The notes under the pieces are model-generated. The model saw nothing but the letters and a program-made list of their open reading frames with translations. It ran no database searches and was not told where the DNA came from. Shown here piece by piece: positions 59,386-64,000 of a DNA stretch of 64,000 nucleotides (position 1 is the first letter of the stretch; every line of letters starts with the position of its first letter). The stretch covers positions 62,001-126,000 of the forward strand of contig JALXBF010000105.1 in NCBI GenBank assembly GCA_026991575.1, read 5' to 3'. The position numbers and the translations under genes are program-made. This DNA is from Planctomycetota bacterium. Its GTDB lineage: Bacteria > Planctomycetota > Planctomycetia > JALXBF01.

Positions 59386-61725
59386 CTACGGCTCGTCACC
59401 GACCGAGCGCATGCGGAACGGCTCGCTCAGCACGATCCCCTCAATGACCGCCGAGAACCGATAGTCCCGCTCGGCAACGTACTGCACGATCTCGTCCACG
59501 GCACACTGGTCCTGAGGCGTCAGTCCGCGGCCGATCGCGTAGGTCAGCAGCTTCTTGACAAGCGTTTCGACAAACTGTTCTTTCCGATCCAGCAGCACCC
59601 GCTTCAGGTCAGCCGGACCAGCAACGGAGACGCCTCCAGGAAGCGTCCCGCTGGGGTCGATCGGCAGTCCGTTGTCCTCTTCCCGCCACTTGCCGATCGG
59701 ATCGAAGTTCTCTAGCACGAAGCCCAGCGTGTCCATTTCCTCGTGGCACACCGCACACGCCGGGTTCTCGCGGTGCTTCTGCAGTCGCTCCTTGAGCGTC
59801 TTACCCTTGACCGGCTCCTCGCCCAGCGGTGGTGCGCCCGGTGGCGGCGGCGGTGGCGGGGAGCCAAGGATTGTCTCCAGAATCCACTTGCCTCGTTTCA
59901 CCGGGCTGGTACGGGTCGGGTTCGACGTGACCGTGAGCACGCTGGCTTGCGTGATGACCCCACCACGGTTCGGATCGTTCAGCTTCACGCGTCGGAATTG
60001 CTCCCCGTGTACGCCGTCGATGCCGTACAGCTTCGCCAGCGGTTCGTTCACCCAGGTGTAATCGGCGTCCAGAAATTCCAGCACGCTGCGGTCTTCGCGA
60101 AGAATCGTCTCGAAGAACAGCCGCGTCTCCTGCCACATAGCCTGCCGCAGCGCGTCGTTGAACTCCGGAAACTGCTGTGGGTCTGGATTCACCTGGGCCA
60201 GGTTCCGCAGTTGCAGCCACTGATCGCCGAAATTCTGAACCAACTGACTGGCTCGCGGGTCGCGGAGCATGCGGCGCACCTGTTCGAGGAGCACTTCCGG
60301 CTTAGTCAACTCCCCGCGCTTGGCCAGCTCGAACAACTGTTCGTCCGGCATCGTGCTCCAGAGGAAATAGCTCAGCCGCGTCGCGAGCTCATAGCCGTTC
60401 AGCGGCCGCACGTCGCCCTGGCGCTCATCGCCCGGAGCGGCTCGGTCAAGCTCGATGCGGTACAGGAAGTGTGGCGAGACCAATACTGCGCTCATCGCCA
60501 CCTGAATGCCCACTTCAAACGGCTGGCCGTCGGCCAGTGCCTGGTCCACCAGCCGCAGCAGCCTCCGGAGTTCGTCATGCGTTACCGGCCGCCGAAACGC
60601 TCGGCTGGCGAAGCGTCGCAGGATCTGACGCGCGCACTCCAGATCGTGCGGCTCCTCACCCTCGTGGCCCCGGCAGGCAAGCAGCCGGCGGTACGCACCA
60701 GGCAGCTTCCCCAATCCGGCCGGACGTCGCGGCCCTACAAGCGAAATCGATCCAACGATCAGGTTGCGATCCCGTTCTCCGGGGTCCGGCGCGGTGGGGG
60801 CATAGTAATCGTTGAGGAACCGAACAGCGACCGAATGACGCCCGGGCGACAACCTGATTCTCACACGGAATCGCTCCAGCGGCTCCCCCTCGCCCTGGAC
60901 CGCCACCGTCCGGAGCGGCTTGCCGTCCAGCTGCAATTTGGCTTTCGCCTTCTCGGCACCCGCCTGGTCGGCCGTCAGCTCAAACACCAGGTCGTACCAG
61001 CCGGCCGTCTTGACGGTGAACTCCGTCTGCACCGCTCCGCTGCTGGTCAGGATTCGCCCCAACCGGTGGCGGCCACCGCCGCGAAGCCGACCGCCGGAGT
61101 GGACGATCACAGGTGGCGGCTGAGGTGCAGGGATTGCCCGCTCGACTGCGATTAGGGCGCAGTCCAGATACTTTTCCAGCAGCAGCGGGGAAACGGACAA
61201 CACGTCGGCGATGTTGTCGAAACCATAGCCGACCTCGTCGGCGGGCAGCCGGTCGGTGAAGTCCACGTCGATATACAGTAGGTCACGGATGGTGTTGTTG
61301 TATTCGACCCGGTTGAGCCGCCGGACCGTGACTCGTCCAGGCCGCGGTTCGCCACACTCGACGCCAAAAACATACCGCTCAATCCATTCCAGGATGACCC
61401 GTGCCTCTTCACGCGTCGGTTGCGGAGACTTCGCCGGCGGCATCCGCTGGGCTTCGACCATGTCATAGACCAGCTCCCATGTATCCACGTCCCGGATCGC
61501 ATCGGCCGCGGACCGGTAACGGCTCAGGTCGATATCCGCCTTCGCCTCTGGCCCTTCGTGGCATTCATTGCAGTACTTCTGCATCAGCGGCCGCACTTGT
61601 CGCACGAACGCGCCTGCGTCCGGGTCGCCTTTGGCCTGCCCGCTCACCTGCGCAACGGCCGACCCCGACAGCGGAACAAGCAGGCAGCAGACGGTCACAA
61701 GCACGGCAAAGGGCTGCTTGGCCAT
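59386..61725 (-). CDS. Planctomycete-type DUF1587/1592/1588/1585 (PSCyt/PSD) cytochrome c domain protein
   Basis: Signal peptide; CNECH...MPP; RRLNRVEYNNTIRDL, GFDN, ELATRLSYFLWSTMPD, RTSPVKRGKWIL, PPPPPP, CAVCH. Confidence 0.92.
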   Translation of the reverse strand: MAKQPFAVLVTVCCLLVPLSGSAVAQVSGQAKGDPDAGAFVRQVRPLMQKYCNECHEGPEAKADIDLSRYRSAADAIRDVDTWELVYDMVEAQRMPPAKSPQPTREEARVILEWIERYVFGVECGEPRPGRVTVRRLNRVEYNNTIRDLLYIDVDFTDRLPADEVGYGFDNIADVLSVSPLLLEKYLDCALIAVERAIPAPQPPPVIVHSGGRLRGGGRHRLGRILTSSGAVQTEFTVKTAGWYDLVFELTADQAGAEKAKAKLQLDGKPLRTVAVQGEGEPLERFRVRIRLSPGRHSVAVRFLNDYYAPTAPDPGERDRNLIVGSISLVGPRRPAGLGKLPGAYRRLLACRGHEGEEPHDLECARQILRRFASRAFRRPVTHDELRRLLRLVDQALADGQPFEVGIQVAMSAVLVSPHFLYRIELDRAAPGDERQGDVRPLNGYELATRLSYFLWSTMPDEQLFELAKRGELTKPEVLLEQVRRMLRDPRASQLVQNFGDQWLQLRNLAQVNPDPQQFPEFNDALRQAMWQETRLFFETILREDRSVLEFLDADYTWVNEPLAKLYGIDGVHGEQFRRVKLNDPNRGGVITQASVLTVTSNPTRTSPVKRGKWILETILGSPPPPPPPGAPPLGEEPVKGKTLKERLQKHRENPACAVCHEEMDTLGFVLENFDPIGKWREEDNGLPIDPSGTLPGGVSVAGPADLKRVLLDRKEQFVETLVKKLLTYAIGRGLTPQDQCAVDEIVQYVAERDYRFSAVIEGIVLSEPFRMRSVGDEP

Positions 61726-62551
61726 CGTGATGCTCCGGATACAGGCAATCGGGGATGGTCTTGCGGCGGGCGGATCAAGAACGGATTAGGGTCCTTGACG
61801 GATCAAGGCTTGCTTACGTCTACATCATGCTAAGCGATCGCAACACCGCGAGCAACCCAAACGGGAATGCGGCACCTACGAGCCACTAACCGCCGGCAGT
61901 AGCACGCACGTTCCCCCCAGACGGTCACCCCCTCAACCTGATTACGGCCATCGACCATGACGGCGGCGTCTTGTGAATATCACATGTGTGCAGAGACAGG
62001 CAGTCACCCGGCTACTTTATCCGCGACGATCGCTGCCAGAGCAGGGTTCGGGTCGTAGCGTGGCACGTTCTTCCGACCCCCATGGAGCACCGCGGGTGGC
62101 AGCGGTGGCTGCGCGACCACTGTCGCCACATGCTGACCCGTTACGGTCGCTGCGGGCGTTTCTGCACCGGAGCGGCGGTCGAACCCGCTTACAGCTCGGC
62201 GGCGCGTACGGTCTGATCAGCAGTCCCCGGCGTGACAGCAACCGCAGCACTACAACGAGCCGAACGTCTGCCCCCGACCTCCTGTGATCGGCCCTCGGCC
62301 TGGCTTCCGAACGTAGCACGGGTTCCAACTGAGCCTGCGTGTAGGCGGGCGGGGTGGCGGGCGGGCCAGGCGAGCAGCCGGCAGGTGTGCTTCCCGGCGA
62401 ATCAGGTGGGGTGATGCGCGCCCTGCGCGCGCAGCCTCGGTAGACGGCTAGTCCGGTGGTTTGGGTTTCGCCACGGAAGGTCGATTCAGAGCGTTCGCGT
62501 AGCCATGCTGGTCTTGCCCACCCCGGCCCCAGACGTCGTGTTGGCGACGGG

Positions 62552-63637
62552 CTATGCAGCGCTGGGATCGTTCGATTCTAGGAGTCCCAGGTCGCGGAGC
62601 TTGCGGTAGAGCGTGTTGCGGTTGATCCCGAGCCGCTCGGCCGCTTTGGTCTGTGTCCCGCCGCATTCGCGCATCACCTGCCGGATCAACTCGCGCTCCA
62701 CCACCTCGATCGCCCGCTCGTACAGATCGCCGGCCAACGGGCCTGCCGTCTCGATCACCAACGACGCCAGGTCGCGGGCCAGCTGCGTGAGCTCCTGTTC
62801 GTGGGCCGGCCGGCGTCCGATGCGGAACGCCTGTTCGCCCCGCACCCTGGCCGGCAGGTCTTCCGGCGTGATCTCCTTGCCTTGCGCCAGCACGACGGCC
62901 CGGGCGATGGCATTCTGCAATTCGCGGACGTTGCCCGGCCAGTCGTACGCGAGCAAGACCTCCATTGTCGCGCGCCCGATTCTGAGCGGGGGCCGGTCGT
63001 AGTCGGCGCAGAATTGACGCACGAAGTAGCGTGCCAGCAGTGGGATATCCTCACGGCGTTCTCGGAGCGGGGGCAGATCGATCTGGACGACATTCAGTCG
63101 GTAGTAAAGGTCTTCACGAAACCGACCTTCGCGAATGAGCTGTTCCAGGTCGTGGTTCGTTGCGGCTACAACGCGCACGTCGACACGGATCGTCTGCGTG
63201 TCGCCCACCCGCTCAAATTCCCCCTCCTGCAACACCCTCAACAGCTTTACCTGAAGCTGCAGGCTGGTGCTGCTGATCTCGTCCAGGAAGATCGATCCGG
63301 TATGGGCGGCTTCGAACCGGCCGGTCCGGTTGGCAATGGCTCCGGTGAACGCGCCTTTGACGTGTCCGAACAATTCGCTCTCCAGCAGCCCCTCGCTGAG
63401 CGCACCACAGTTGACGCGGATGAACGGGCCGGTCCGTCGCGGGCTCAGCGTGTGAATGGCCCGTGCCACAAGCTCTTTGCCCGTCCCGGTCTCACCCACC
63501 AGCAGCACGCTAGCGGAGCTGCGCGCGACGCAGCGGGTGATCTCAGCCACCTGCCGCATGGACCGACTGCGCGCAATGACACCTGGCAAAACCTCGTCGG
63601 TCTGCTCAACCTCGTCGAACCAATCAGCACTGGCCAT
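62552..63637 (-). CDS. Sigma-54-dependent Fis-family activator lacking an N-terminal sensory domain
   Basis: [64 protein letters not shown]; only ~20 aa precede the AAA+ domain. Confidence 0.93.
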   Translation of the reverse strand: MASADWFDEVEQTDEVLPGVIARSRSMRQVAEITRCVARSSASVLLVGETGTGKELVARAIHTLSPRRTGPFIRVNCGALSEGLLESELFGHVKGAFTGAIANRTGRFEAAHTGSIFLDEISSTSLQLQVKLLRVLQEGEFERVGDTQTIRVDVRVVAATNHDLEQLIREGRFREDLYYRLNVVQIDLPPLRERREDIPLLARYFVRQFCADYDRPPLRIGRATMEVLLAYDWPGNVRELQNAIARAVVLAQGKEITPEDLPARVRGEQAFRIGRRPAHEQELTQLARDLASLVIETAGPLAGDLYERAIEVVERELIRQVMRECGGTQTKAAERLGINRNTLYRKLRDLGLLESNDPSAA

Positions 63638-63671
63638 GAAACCAAACCACCCCCGCCTCCCTCAGCTCCTC

Positions 63672-64000
63672 TCACTCAGCCTGCTGCTCGGCAGCGCGTG
63701 CCGCCGCCGTTGCGTTCTGAGCCGGAGCGTGGTAGCGAGGCACGGTAAACCGGAGAAGCACCTCCCGCTGGAATGACGGCTCACCGCCCAACGCGGCAGC
63801 CAACAACACTAGCTCGCGATAAAGCGGGGCGCCCAGCTCCTGGCGGCCACGCAACAGTTGCGTGAGTCGGTCCGTTGGCGCCGGCTCGACCAGCAGCCCG
63901 TGTCGGCGGATCGAGAACCGGGCCGCTCGGGCAGCTGCCGTGCGCAACGCGTCGCTGGCCGAACTGTCCACCACCAGTTCCAACAGCGCCGCCTGAGCCC
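63672..64000 (-). CDS. C-terminal part of a hypothetical helical protein (runs off window)
   Basis: Frame is open to the window edge (AQAALLELVVD...) and ends 35 nt before the activator gene. Confidence 0.55.
   Translation of the reverse strand, partial: AQAALLELVVDSSASDALRTAAARAARFSIRRHGLLVEPAPTDRLTQLLRGRQELGAPLYRELVLLAAALGGEPSFQREVLLRFTVPRYHAPAQNATAAARAAEQQAE

Noticed and set aside
59743..61155. 470-aa ORF antisense to the DUF1592 gene, and similar shadows opposite GH2, FadJ and sulfite reductase
   Set aside because: Fully overlap confident genes on the other strand and have no motifs.
62061..62076. TGGCAC possible sigma-54 site
   Set aside because: The -12 element reads TTCC rather than TTGC, and no plus-strand gene follows.

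Overview
GC-rich, gene-dense bacterial chromosomal segment, most likely from a planctomycete. The assignment is inferred from a DUF1592/PSCyt-type cytochrome protein, archaeal-like H4MPT/methanofuran cofactor genes, split coaC/coaB and a split nuo operon. All calls rest on motif recognition by eye; no database search was run. Contents in order: beta-propeller/Fe-ADH/membrane protein/amidohydrolase/class II cytochrome c genes; futalosine-pathway mqnA-mqnC; a lipoprotein with secretin-like motifs; a C1-cofactor cluster (DUF6513 DHPS-like, pterin-carbinolamine dehydratase, atypical SDR, HEAT protein, MfnE-, MfnF- and MfnD-like, NagB-like); a YprB-like nuclease; FadJ; nuoHJKLMN; dnaK-clpB behind a consensus sigma-54 promoter; pheA-tpiA-secG-yicC-gmk-rpoZ-coaC-coaB; secreted glycan/sulfate enzymes; an MlaF-MlaE fusion with a divergent MCE-like partner; truB, amrS, nadD, priA; sulfite reductase-cysH-unknown-ccsA-hemA; a DUF1592 protein; and a sensor-less sigma-54 activator. 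No rRNA, tRNA, CRISPR array, transposase or prophage was recognised. Best candidates for undescribed biology: the atypical SDR and other extra genes in the C1-cofactor cluster, the two-gene MCE-like transporter, the mini-secretin-like lipoprotein, and sigma-54 control of dnaK.
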